Shown here one piece after another: positions 25,731-33,713 of a DNA stretch of 37,671 nt. Position numbers and translations under genes: made by a program. Within the stretch, counting starts at the first letter, position 1. Every line of letters begins with the position of its first letter. Source of the DNA: a virus (lineage: Duplodnaviria; Caudoviricetes); IMG/VR virus record IMGVR_UViG_3300020045_005281, positions 1-37,671 of that record, one strand, 5' to 3'. The notes beneath the pieces were generated by a model. That model ran no database searches and was not told the origin of the DNA. It saw only the letters and a list, made by a program, of their open reading frames with translations.

Positions 25731-25936
25731 TATGCGAACAACCCTCGAAAGATATTTGCCAATTTTCCTTCAATTTCAGGCAGCGTTATTGGCTCGCCAA
25801 TAGGCTCACAATCGCGAATTTTCATCAGTTCGCTAGGTGTTGCCGGATCCTTGCCCAATTTCTTGACGCCAGCAGGCCAGATTGCAGCCCATTGCTGCAG
25901 CGTTAAACCCATGGCGCGTTCATTGGATTGCATCAA
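25730..25936 (-). CDS. Hypothetical protein
   Basis: Coupled to terL and portal. Confidence 0.55.
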   Translation of the reverse strand: MMQSNERAMGLTLQQWAAIWPAGVKKLGKDPATPSELMKIRDCEPIGEPITLPEIEGKLANIFRGLFA

Positions 25937-27408
25937 CTGAATTCCGAGGGAAAGAAAGCAGGTTCCTCGACTTTTACAGGCTTGACGATCGCGCGCTTAA
26001 GACCAGAAGCGATGAGATACCGCAGATCGTCCATCAGATGGTCATTGACTTTGACAATAGCACCCTTTTCGTTGCGTCGGTAGAGCCGATACTCACCCAA
26101 AAAACTCTGCAGGGTGCGAAATACTTTTATTTTGCCCCCGGACAAGCGCTCATAGACCGAATAAATGCCGGATTCGACCCCGTTATCGGCTTCGGTGAGC
26201 TCTAAACCCAGATCGCGGTACATTTGCAAGAGTTGCTGGCCATCAGCTTGACCGCGGCCGCGAGATGCTGGATCGATCACGCCAGGGATCCAGTCGCCGC
26301 GACTCTTGATTGATTGAGCATGGACCGACGGCTCGGCAATGCCGCGGTAGTGTTCGCTGTAAAGGTAAGTGGTCTGCGTCTCGCGATCGATAGCGCCCCA
26401 TAGCGCCGCCGTGCGGTTCCAACCGACGTCTAACGCAAAGACGCGCGGCCAATAATCCGGGATCGCAAATGGATCGATGACGAAATCCGATTCAGGCACC
26501 GGATAGATGGCGCCAGATCCCAATTGCGGCACGCCTCTTGTGCGCGCGTCCCGCTGATAGGGTGGGTACGTTTCGAGCATGTCCTTTTTCATTTGCTCGG
26601 TCAGATGCGGCACGTCATCCCATGTGCAAGTGATGACCGCCTTGCTGCCTTCGCGGTACTCCGTCACCTCGCCATTGGGCAGCCACTGCAGCACCGTATC
26701 CGATAGGCCGAGCAGCGGCGTAAATGTCAGGATCACAAGTCCATTTGTCGTCATCGTGCGGGTAACGGCTTCGATATATACCTGCAGCGGCGGTTCCTCA
26801 TCGAGCCATAGCAAGTCAACATCAGCCGCCTGGAATGACTCGCGCCCTTGGTCGTAGCTCTTGAACGTGACGGCGCATTGCTTGCCCGAAATATGTTTCA
26901 CGTGGAACGTATCGACGGCGCCTGGCACGCCTGACTTATTCGTGAAATCGCCCAAGCAGTCGGCGCGGATCATGCCCGTGCCCATGTCATTGACAGGGCC
27001 TAACAGCTTGAGCTGAATGGCGTCGCGTACGTCTTTGGCGGTCGTGCCGGCTATCCAGCAGGTTTTAGGCGCGGTGTGGTAGCGATATCCCTCCCACCAA
27101 GCCGGATAGATGCCGGTCAAATGGCAAGCGACTTCGTAGGCTCCCATGCCTTCCGACTTGCCGACACGGTTCGCGGCAAGGACTAGCCGCTGCTTATGGT
27201 CGAAGCCTAAACGAAAGAATTCGCAGTGTTTGGCGTACAGCTCGCGACGTAGAGGTCCCGTTTCCGGGTAGTACGTGTCGATCTTGTTGGTTTCAGTGTG
27301 TCGTTGGAGCTGAGCCGTCAGCCGGTCCAGTTCCATCAGTTCCGGCATCGATAGATTTGCTAGTTGCGCCTCGGTGAAGGCTGGCAATTCGGCTAATGAG
27401 TTCGTCAC
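25933..27408 (-). CDS. terL: Terminase large subunit, P22-like (start may be 20-24 codons downstream)
   Basis: Walker A AANRVGKS, Walker B LLWLDEEP, TFTPL, nuclease LDVGW and DHLMDDLRY. Confidence 0.95.
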   Translation of the reverse strand: MTNSLAELPAFTEAQLANLSMPELMELDRLTAQLQRHTETNKIDTYYPETGPLRRELYAKHCEFFRLGFDHKQRLVLAANRVGKSEGMGAYEVACHLTGIYPAWWEGYRYHTAPKTCWIAGTTAKDVRDAIQLKLLGPVNDMGTGMIRADCLGDFTNKSGVPGAVDTFHVKHISGKQCAVTFKSYDQGRESFQAADVDLLWLDEEPPLQVYIEAVTRTMTTNGLVILTFTPLLGLSDTVLQWLPNGEVTEYREGSKAVITCTWDDVPHLTEQMKKDMLETYPPYQRDARTRGVPQLGSGAIYPVPESDFVIDPFAIPDYWPRVFALDVGWNRTAALWGAIDRETQTTYLYSEHYRGIAEPSVHAQSIKSRGDWIPGVIDPASRGRGQADGQQLLQMYRDLGLELTEADNGVESGIYSVYERLSGGKIKVFRTLQSFLGEYRLYRRNEKGAIVKVNDHLMDDLRYLIASGLKRAIVKPVKVEEPAFFPSEFS

Positions 27409-27631
27409 GCGTCGGTGGCCTGTCGGTCGTGTCCTTGTGTTCGATCGACTGCAGGATAGGGACGGTGCGCTCCAAAAGCAATTTGGCTGCGCCTAACTGC
27501 GTCGATTTGAGCGGATTGACCAGTGGATCGTCGATATGCGCCTGTAGCTTTTCGATAATGCGCGCGACTTCAATCCGCTGGCGCATGCCTTCGGCGAAGT
27601 AGTGGTCGAGGGGTAGGCGTTTATCGGCCAT
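27293..27631 (-). CDS. Putative terminase small subunit
   Basis: Directly upstream of terL; IIEKLQAHI...STQLGAAKLLLERTVP.L; start re-assigned to MADKRL. Confidence 0.6.
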   Translation of the reverse strand: MADKRLPLDHYFAEGMRQRIEVARIIEKLQAHIDDPLVNPLKSTQLGAAKLLLERTVPILQSIEHKDTTDRPPTRDELISRIASLHRGATSKSIDAGTDGTGPADGSAPTTH

Positions 27632-27854
27632 AATAGCCATGCGTTTTGAGTTTGATCTGGCGCAATCCATCACGAACGATGTCGTCATAATGAATCATTG
27701 ACGTGTGCGTAATTCCAGAACCCATCGATGGCACAGACTTTGGTGCTTCAGGAGCCGGCAATTCGGCCGCTACCTGACCAAACTCCGCAGCCTTAACCGC
27801 CGGCAATGCGACAGCGGCTCCAAATAGACCCTTGAATAATCCGCGGCGGTTCAT
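27621..27854 (-). CDS. Small protein with twin-arginine (Tat)-like N-terminus
   Basis: MNRRGLFKGLFGAAVALPAVKA; ATGA coupling. Confidence 0.6.
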   Translation of the reverse strand: MNRRGLFKGLFGAAVALPAVKAAEFGQVAAELPAPEAPKSVPSMGSGITHTSMIHYDDIVRDGLRQIKLKTHGYYGR

Positions 27855-27997
27855 TTGATTGCATACCCCCAATTTATGGCCAGCTTATCAGCCCAATACC
27901 ATTCGTCAGGCAGGTTCCCTAAGCGGCGCTCACGATAGTTCCACAGGATCAGCGGAACCAGAAAAGCACGGAACACAAACCAGCGAATAAACCTCAT
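27851..27997 (-). CDS. 48-aa hydrophobic protein (not in ORF track)
   Basis: MRFIRWFVFRAFLVPLILWNY...; ATGA overlaps at both ends. Confidence 0.55.
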   Translation of the reverse strand: MRFIRWFVFRAFLVPLILWNYRERRLGNLPDEWYWADKLAINWGYAIK

Positions 27998-28248
27998 CGC
28001 GTCACCCGCTCGTTGTGCGCCATCCACGGCGCCAACCCATCTGCCGGCATGTCATGCACGAGCTGTAATTCGGTCGTCAGCGATCGGCGCAGCGGTTCAG
28101 GCAACGGCTGAGTGATGACAAGGCGCGAAATTGCATCCGACTCAGCCTGACGCTGAATGGTTCTCGCATGCTCCTCAAGGGATCCAACCATCCCGCGCGT
28201 CGCGCCGATCCACGTCCGAAAGCGTCGCAATTCAAGTTCAACGTCCAT
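27994..28248 (-). CDS. Hypothetical protein
   Basis: Start re-assigned to MDVELELRR (TAATG coupling). Confidence 0.55.
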   Translation of the reverse strand: MDVELELRRFRTWIGATRGMVGSLEEHARTIQRQAESDAISRLVITQPLPEPLRRSLTTELQLVHDMPADGLAPWMAHNERVTR

Positions 28249-28610
28249 TAACTTAACCCCGGTGTCGAGATATTGACCAACGTATACAAAAACACCTGCA
28301 ACCCCACTTTTCCGTTCGAGTCGGTGACTTTGACCGTCACCCGGCGAAGCTCGGTGTCGCTCCAGGTATTCACCAGGGCATTCTGTGAGGCCGTTATAGC
28401 AATGTCCTGGATAGCGGTAGGCGTCGGCACGGTCGTCCACGGAACGATGCCTATGCCGCTCTGTAGATCGTCTATGCGGTATTCCATGGCGGTAGGCGCG
28501 AAAGGCGCGTCATCGGCGTCGAGGCTAGTCACCTCAAGCGTATTGTCGCTGTTAGCGTTCAGGTAGCCGAGTGAATAGGGCTGCACTGGTTGGCCTGCCA
28601 AAGCTCTCAT
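28248..28610 (-). CDS. Beta-rich hypothetical protein, possibly virion-associated
   Basis: PTAMEYRIDD..SG...PWT...ITASQN pattern; coupled. Confidence 0.55.
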   Translation of the reverse strand: MRALAGQPVQPYSLGYLNANSDNTLEVTSLDADDAPFAPTAMEYRIDDLQSGIGIVPWTTVPTPTAIQDIAITASQNALVNTWSDTELRRVTVKVTDSNGKVGLQVFLYTLVNISTPGLS

Positions 28611-28828
28611 CGTTTCAACGCCTCGCGAATTTTATTTACAACACTGTCAACAGCCATGGTGCGATCGGTCCTACTGACGACAATCTCGCGATGGTTCGGC
28701 GATACCACGCGCACGCCGCCCTCTGTCGTCGGCCACGCGCTGACGCTAGTTTGCGACATCGCATCGACTTGCGCCGCCTCGAGGAACGCACGCCGGCATT
28801 GTTCGAGGCTGAGTATCACGGAGCTCAC
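28607..28828 (-). CDS. Hypothetical protein
   Basis: Coupled ORF. Confidence 0.5.
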   Translation of the reverse strand: MSSVILSLEQCRRAFLEAAQVDAMSQTSVSAWPTTEGGVRVVSPNHREIVVSRTDRTMAVDSVVNKIREALKR

Positions 28829-28899
28829 GGCTTAAACCTGGCCTTGATCGTAACCGGCTTTCCAAACTTAGCAATGATGCGCATGGTGCCGACTCTAGC

Positions 28900-29004
28900 C
28901 TAGGCGATTACAAAAAGCCACAACAGCCACCAAATGATGGCGCCGACGGCACACCACCCGACGATGGCGCGAAGGGCTGGTGGGTCGTTGTTTTGATCGT
29001 TCAT
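28900..29004 (-). CDS. 34-aa single-TM peptide (not in ORF track)
   Basis: MNDQNNDPPALRAIVGWCAVGAIIWWLLWLFVIA with AAGGAG SD. Confidence 0.55.
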   Translation of the reverse strand: MNDQNNDPPALRAIVGWCAVGAIIWWLLWLFVIA

Positions 29005-29207
29005 GGGTTCTCCTTACGCCATTCGGCGAGTAGTGCAGATGCATCGGCTGATTTAATTGTCTCCGATGACATAGCCGCAAGAGTATCGTAATCCACAGCA
29101 CCAAGCCGCCGCCTTAGCCAGAAAAAAAACTGTCCTTGGTCATTCGTTCCGGCAATTGATGCGATCGACCAGAACAACTGATTATTACGCCTTTTGACTT
29201 GCTTCAT
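29001..29207 (-). CDS. Hypothetical protein
   Basis: Start probably MKQVKRR; the longer track ORF runs into the DnaA boxes. Confidence 0.5.
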   Translation of the reverse strand: MKQVKRRNNQLFWSIASIAGTNDQGQFFFWLRRRLGAVDYDTLAAMSSETIKSADASALLAEWRKENP

Positions 29208-29211
29208 TGAG

Positions 29212-29429
29212 TTATCCACAGACTTATCCACAGGCTATGTTGCATAGCAACAGACTTATCCCCGTAATTCACAGGTTATCCACAAAAAAAAACTTTGTTG
29301 TAAATGCCTTATGTGCATCAACATGGATATTGATATTGATAGTTCTGAGTCACTTTTTACTACAATGCGCATAAGGCATCTGCAACGTATACTAGCCAAT
29401 TTCTAATATATGTTGTAATTGTTGTACGG
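29212..29429. promoter_or_regulatory. Putative replication origin: DnaA-box cluster plus AT-rich tract
   Basis: TTATCCACA at 29212, 29224 and 29276; degenerate boxes at 29256 and 29265; AT-rich DNA with GATATT repeats beyond. Confidence 0.7.
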
Positions 29430-31403
29430 TTACTCATCTTTGTCACCCCTTCGTTCTGCCGATGCAATGGAAATCTGATTGCGACTCGCCGCCCTAGTTC
29501 GTCGTTCTGTGGCAGCCTGGGTTTTGAAACTGGTATGCACAAATGGATTAACGTCCCATCGTGTCGGCAGATTGGAGCGCTTGTTTGTGCGCGCGGTGGG
29601 ATGGGGTCGAATCCATTGGTATTGCTCTAGGCGTAGCCAGATACTCCGATGGAGTTGGTCCGTCAGCCGGTTAAAATGCTTATAGCGCTGGCTGATCTCG
29701 CGGGTCGTGATTTCGGTCGCATTGGTCGCCAGTATGTGCCCAGCGATCCAGGCGACGTGTTCGTCGCTTTCGCCGCGCCCGAGCATTTCGCCGTAGAACT
29801 GGTGGGCGTGCTGGTAGAGACAAGACTCCATGAGCTCGCAGACTTGCATGGCGGTTTCTGCGCTCACAAATGGCGGCGGCGTGCGGCCGGCATATTCGAT
29901 GAGATGATAAGCGCATAGTAATCGCGCAAACAGACCAGACCATTTGCCAAGATAGCCGGCCATCCCGCGCGGTAACTCTGTTTCGGCTGACTGGTCAATC
30001 ATCTCCATGAACGTGCGGCGAATAATTTGCGCCTCTGGGTCTAGGCGGTAGATTTCCTCGCCGCTGGCTCGCATTTCGCGCAACTGGTAAATGGTTTTGT
30101 GGTAGTCATTAATGATACGAGTATCGGGTTTGCGGTCCTGGTCCTTGCCGCTACGGGAGGCCATCACGACCATAAAGCGCTGGAGTAGTCCGTCGTTATC
30201 TATGCGCTTAGCCACGGCACCAAATACGTCAGGCTGTATGCCGCCTAGAATGCAGGTAGACCAGTTCGGTACGAATAGCTGGCCGCGAGTGACGCGATCG
30301 ACGCGCTGCGGTCCGCCGTTGTATGCCTCAAGCCATAGACCGCGGTCTTTGCTGCCGCCCTTGCTGTAGACGTCCATGGCGCCAAACCAGCCCGATAGTT
30401 CGTCGGGTGCTACCAGGAGGCCGCGCGGATTATCGACCAAAATATCGGAGAGCGCCTCGACCGTTGCATTCTGGGTGAGTACGCGCTCACTGGCTGGCTT
30501 TTGCGGGGGTGGCCCCTTGTCCTTGCCGCGGGCTTGGGCGTGCGCCTCAAGATCGGCCTGAAAATCGCGCATAGCATCAGCATGAGCAGCGGCGAGCCTC
30601 GCATCGATCGCCCGTAGCGGCGCCATCGCCGCGCGCATGCCAGGGGATTTCTTTGAGCTCGGGTCGCCGACGATCGCTGACCATAACCTGGCTGATTCGG
30701 TCCAGCTCGTATCGTGTTCTTTAGGCTGCACCCGAAAGTTGTCGTCGATGACGCTGGCGGCGACCACGAGCGCCGATAGGCCAACGACGGTGGACTCGCA
30801 GCCGATGAGGTCTGAGGATTCGGCCACGAATTCTCGCAGCCTTGGGGGTAACGCGGTAACAACAAGCGGCACGGTAGGTCGCGCAGTCCATAGGTTAATT
30901 GGCGGCTCCCATCGATCATCATCAGGCTGTTCCCACGTAGTCGGCGGCTCAAATGGCGCCGGTTCCTGATCCTCTGCCGCCGCGGTTTCAGGTGGAGAAT
31001 TTGGTGCCTCGGTCACGGATCTGACACGGCTGCGCGCAAACTCAATAAGCTTGGCCGCATCCCATCCGGCCAGCTTGGCGACCCCAGGCTCAATATTCTC
31101 GGTCGCTGTCGGCTCAATCAGCCGTAACTGACAATTAAGCGATAACAGCTCGCGCACCGTGGCGGCGTGCGGCCAGCGCTCGGCACGCGTTGATGTCCAC
31201 AGATCGACGCGGCGGCCGGCGAGCGGCGAGAGTTCGCCATTGGTGATCGGGGCGCCCGGATCCTTGCTGAAATAGTCCGCTGTAGCCCACGAGGCGACGA
31301 TATAGGACGGCAGGAGCTCAATGGCAGCAGCAACCGCGGTAGGGCCGCATACCAGCAGCACGGGCGCGGCAGGGCGCGCGGCGAGGTCGTCGGCGAGGCT
31401 CAT
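29430..31403 (-). CDS. Replication protein: degenerate TOPRIM-like domain plus DUF3987/YfjI-type P-loop domain
   Basis: IVGDPSSKKSP, ATVEAL, GLLVAPDELSGW, LEAYNGG, GGIQP, DGLLQRF. Confidence 0.85.
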   Translation of the reverse strand: MSLADDLAARPAAPVLLVCGPTAVAAAIELLPSYIVASWATADYFSKDPGAPITNGELSPLAGRRVDLWTSTRAERWPHAATVRELLSLNCQLRLIEPTATENIEPGVAKLAGWDAAKLIEFARSRVRSVTEAPNSPPETAAAEDQEPAPFEPPTTWEQPDDDRWEPPINLWTARPTVPLVVTALPPRLREFVAESSDLIGCESTVVGLSALVVAASVIDDNFRVQPKEHDTSWTESARLWSAIVGDPSSKKSPGMRAAMAPLRAIDARLAAAHADAMRDFQADLEAHAQARGKDKGPPPQKPASERVLTQNATVEALSDILVDNPRGLLVAPDELSGWFGAMDVYSKGGSKDRGLWLEAYNGGPQRVDRVTRGQLFVPNWSTCILGGIQPDVFGAVAKRIDNDGLLQRFMVVMASRSGKDQDRKPDTRIINDYHKTIYQLREMRASGEEIYRLDPEAQIIRRTFMEMIDQSAETELPRGMAGYLGKWSGLFARLLCAYHLIEYAGRTPPPFVSAETAMQVCELMESCLYQHAHQFYGEMLGRGESDEHVAWIAGHILATNATEITTREISQRYKHFNRLTDQLHRSIWLRLEQYQWIRPHPTARTNKRSNLPTRWDVNPFVHTSFKTQAATERRTRAASRNQISIASAERRGDKDE

Positions 31404-31600
31404 GGCTTGCCGCCGATGCCGAATTGCTCAATCGCATCGCGCAAAGCGGCATATGACGGCCGGTCGGTGCCAAATTGGGCGCCGCGCTTGGATAGCTCAA
31501 AAATGAGCCACGCCTTAAATTCATTTCGAGAGCGCTTGAACTTGCCAGGTTGCGGCAGTTTCGGCGCGGATGTAGACAAACTGAGTGTTTTTCTTTGCAC
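31400..31600 (-). CDS. Hypothetical protein
   Basis: Coupled to the replication gene. Confidence 0.5.
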   Translation of the reverse strand: MQRKTLSLSTSAPKLPQPGKFKRSRNEFKAWLIFELSKRGAQFGTDRPSYAALRDAIEQFGIGGKP

Positions 31601-31700
31601 AAGTCACCTAATTAAGTCACCTAGATAGTAGGCGCGGCGCTAGGTGGTCGCCTTTGCGATGTTTGTTTGTGCAACAGGGGAGCATCGCTAGCCTTCGCCG

Positions 31701-31729
31701 ACTGTAGGACAAACCGCGCAGAATGTAAA
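31701..31729 (-). promoter_or_regulatory. Leftward sigma70-type promoter
   Basis: TTTACA-N17-TACAGT on the minus strand. Confidence 0.55.
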
Positions 31730-31743
31730 CAGGCTTTTTGTTT

Positions 31744-31759
31744 TGTGACGCGCGTCACG
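31744..31759. promoter_or_regulatory. CRP/FNR-family-like box TGTGA-N6-TCACG
   Basis: Perfect palindrome GTGACGCGCGTCAC between divergent promoters. Confidence 0.5.
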
Positions 31760-31775
31760 GAATCACACAAAGGAG

Positions 31776-31804
31776 TTGACGGCCTGTAAACACTTGGCTA
31801 TGGT
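31776..31804 (+). promoter_or_regulatory. Rightward sigma70-type promoter
   Basis: TTGACG-N17-TATGGT; ATG 6 nt downstream. Confidence 0.65.
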
Positions 31805-31810
31805 TGGCCC

Positions 31811-31918
31811 ATGCAAACTTTAACCGATGTCTTTTGGATCACAATTTGGTGCTCGCTGGTAGCGGCGGCGCTGATTGTGCCGATCATTTTGTTCGACATG
31901 TCGAGGAAGCGTAAATGA
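31811..31918 (+). CDS. 35-aa single-TM peptide (not in ORF track)
   Basis: MQTLTDVFWITIWCSLVAAALIVPIILFDMSRKRK; stop overlaps the next ATG. Confidence 0.6.
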   Translation: MQTLTDVFWITIWCSLVAAALIVPIILFDMSRKRK

Positions 31919-32127
31919 TTATTAGGCCGGCCTATGACAAATTTGGAGATTTCGCCGGCTTCTCGCTAGTCGATGGCCATGGTGATTTAACGCCGCCGCT
32001 TTCATATAAAGCGCTAGCACGTCAATTGATCGAGATTCGCGACGGCATCGACTGCGACTTCGATACCAATCCGCCGCCGCGCGTTGCCCCTAAACCGTTT
32101 GGATGCTTCGGAGAATTGCCAGCATGA
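31915..32127 (+). CDS. Hypothetical protein
   Basis: GAGG SD; coupled. Confidence 0.55.
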   Translation: MIIRPAYDKFGDFAGFSLVDGHGDLTPPLSYKALARQLIEIRDGIDCDFDTNPPPRVAPKPFGCFGELPA

Positions 32128-32285
32128 ACAAGAAACACACTTTAATGGCGCGGCGCGAGTACCGCACAAAATTAGGTTGCAGCGTTGTCGAGGTGCTGCA
32201 GCTCAATACCGACACGGGTACCGTCGAGCTCGCAATAACTCTCGCATCGGAGAGAATGCCAAAACCGATCGCGCTGGTAAAATGA
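32124..32285 (+). CDS. Hypothetical protein
   Basis: GGAG SD; ATGA overlaps at both ends. Confidence 0.5.
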   Translation: MNKKHTLMARREYRTKLGCSVVEVLQLNTDTGTVELAITLASERMPKPIALVK

Positions 32286-32497
32286 ACCCGCGCAACTATA
32301 GGGAACGCCAACGGATGGCCAATAGCACTCAGCGCGGCGACGTCTGGCTATCGCTGGATCCAGAGGCACCTGGAGCATGGCGTACGCTTAACGACTCGCG
32401 CGGCCAGCGGTTCGCGTTCGTTGAGAATCGGCATCGGGTCGTGACGCGGATCCTGAAAGACACCCTAGCGCGTGAGTTTGTGAGGTTCTTACCATGA
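32282..32497 (+). CDS. Hypothetical protein
   Basis: Internal ATG (MNPRNY) coupled to the upstream stop. Confidence 0.5.
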   Translation: MNPRNYRERQRMANSTQRGDVWLSLDPEAPGAWRTLNDSRGQRFAFVENRHRVVTRILKDTLAREFVRFLP

Positions 32498-32694
32498 GCG
32501 GCGAATGGCGAACTAAGATAGAAGTCTGCAATATCCCTAATGGGTGCATCGTTTCTGTCGCTAATAGCCAGGACGATTACTATCGCGAAACATTTCGCAG
32601 TTGGGACCAGCTTAATGATCTTATTGCTAGGCTGAGAGCCGCGGGCATTGAGGCTTTTGGACCAGATTATTCTGACTCAAAATTTGACGAATAG
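32494..32694 (+). CDS. Hypothetical protein
   Basis: GAGG SD; coupled. Confidence 0.55.
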   Translation: MSGEWRTKIEVCNIPNGCIVSVANSQDDYYRETFRSWDQLNDLIARLRAAGIEAFGPDYSDSKFDE

Positions 32695-32746
32695 TGACTG
32701 GCATCACACTTTAACTGTTGACTGATTGTAAACGCCTTGCTATTCT
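32693..32746 (+). promoter_or_regulatory. Sigma70-type promoter with upstream AGTGA-N6-TCACA box
   Basis: TTGACT(32718)-N17-TATTCT(32741); box at 32693-32708. Confidence 0.65.
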
Positions 32747-32777
32747 AGCCTCACAGTCACTGATGAGGATCGCCGCC

Positions 32778-33059
32778 ATGCCACTTGCCCACTACTGCCA
32801 CAAATGCGACCTAGTGCTCAAGCCGTACGAAATCGATACCGATGTCGAATTCGTGACGTCCGAGCATTTTGGCCAGGTCGCAACCACGCAATCGGTGTTC
32901 GACATATGCGGCGCATGCGGATCCGATGTCGAAGAAGTCTGTGCCTGCATTAGCTGCGAATCGGCGCTGCCGTTAGCCGGATCTGATTTGTGCTCGGCGT
33001 GTGAATTGCAGCTCGCGCAGGAAGAAAGCGAGGCGCTGTCTATATTGACGCCGCTGTAA
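32778..33059 (+). CDS. Cys-rich zinc-binding protein
   Basis: Four CxxC pairs; GAGG SD before MPLAHYCHKC. Confidence 0.65.
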   Translation: MPLAHYCHKCDLVLKPYEIDTDVEFVTSEHFGQVATTQSVFDICGACGSDVEEVCACISCESALPLAGSDLCSACELQLAQEESEALSILTPL

Positions 33060-33196
33060 AAAGCTGACCACGAGGAATCACCTTTCGGTGGTTGAGATGA
33101 CGCGAGGCTAAGTCGAGAAAGCGGCGCCATTCCTCTGCCAGCGCTCGCGGTTATTGGTTATGAGCCTGGGTACTCACGAGTTATCCCCTCCGACTA

Positions 33197-33439
33197 TTAC
33201 GGCGCACCGCCGTTAATAATTTCCTCAGCCGTCAATTTTACTTTCTGGTCGCGCGCGAGCTGCAGCAGTCTCGCTTGCATGTCGTTGCGGTTAGGAATTG
33301 ACGATAGACGCCGATGCTTCCACACGGCAACGGTAAACGGTGATCCGCCGAGCAGCCGACCGAGATGGCGAAGGCCAATGCCAGCGCCGCCAAATCGCTC
33401 TATGACTAGGTTGACCGGGGTAAGTTTTTTGCTACTCAT
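33197..33439 (-). CDS. Cro-like HTH regulator
   Basis: VIERFGG...LGRLLG...TV..W...IP...ARLLQLA...LTAEEII. Confidence 0.7.
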   Translation of the reverse strand: MSSKKLTPVNLVIERFGGAGIGLRHLGRLLGGSPFTVAVWKHRRLSSIPNRNDMQARLLQLARDQKVKLTAEEIINGGAP

Positions 33440-33638
33440 GCTGCGCCTCGTAAGCCCTAGCTAAGTTTTCCGCCTGGAATCCTGGGGTATATTCTCCACT
33501 ATCGACGAAAAACCAGCTTCCAGCACCAATCTGTCTGGAAATGCGTTTGCGCTCCACTTTCTTCCACCACAGCAGGCCAGTAGTTACCGTAACCGTCGCT
33601 TTGCGAGGTTCATTTAAAACAAATTCGCTTAGTTTCAT
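33432..33638 (-). CDS. Hypothetical protein
   Basis: Start probably MKLSEF; overlaps the Cro-like gene start. Confidence 0.6.
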   Translation of the reverse strand: MKLSEFVLNEPRKATVTVTTGLLWWKKVERKRISRQIGAGSWFFVDSGEYTPGFQAENLARAYEAQHE

Positions 33639-33646
33639 TTTGAGTG

Positions 33647-33675
33647 TTGACAATTAGAGAACATGCGCTTATTGT
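33647..33675 (+). promoter_or_regulatory. Sigma70-type promoter for the recombination/early operon
   Basis: TTGACA-N17-TATTGT. Confidence 0.7.
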
Positions 33676-33699
33676 ACACACCAGGATAGCAATTTGCAA
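33671..33699 (-). promoter_or_regulatory. Sigma70-type promoter for the Cro-like operon
   Basis: TTGCAA-N17-TACAAT on the minus strand. Confidence 0.6.
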
Positions 33700-33713
33700 T
33701 CACTAGGTGAGAG

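Noticed and set aside
8159-31506. Numerous plus-strand ORFs opposite the structural genes, and shifted-frame ORFs
   Set aside because: Antisense shadows of long genes with no SD or recognisable motifs.
32757-32800. CTGATGAG as a hammerhead ribozyme core
   Set aside because: No stem II followed by GAAA; it overlaps the SD of the next gene.
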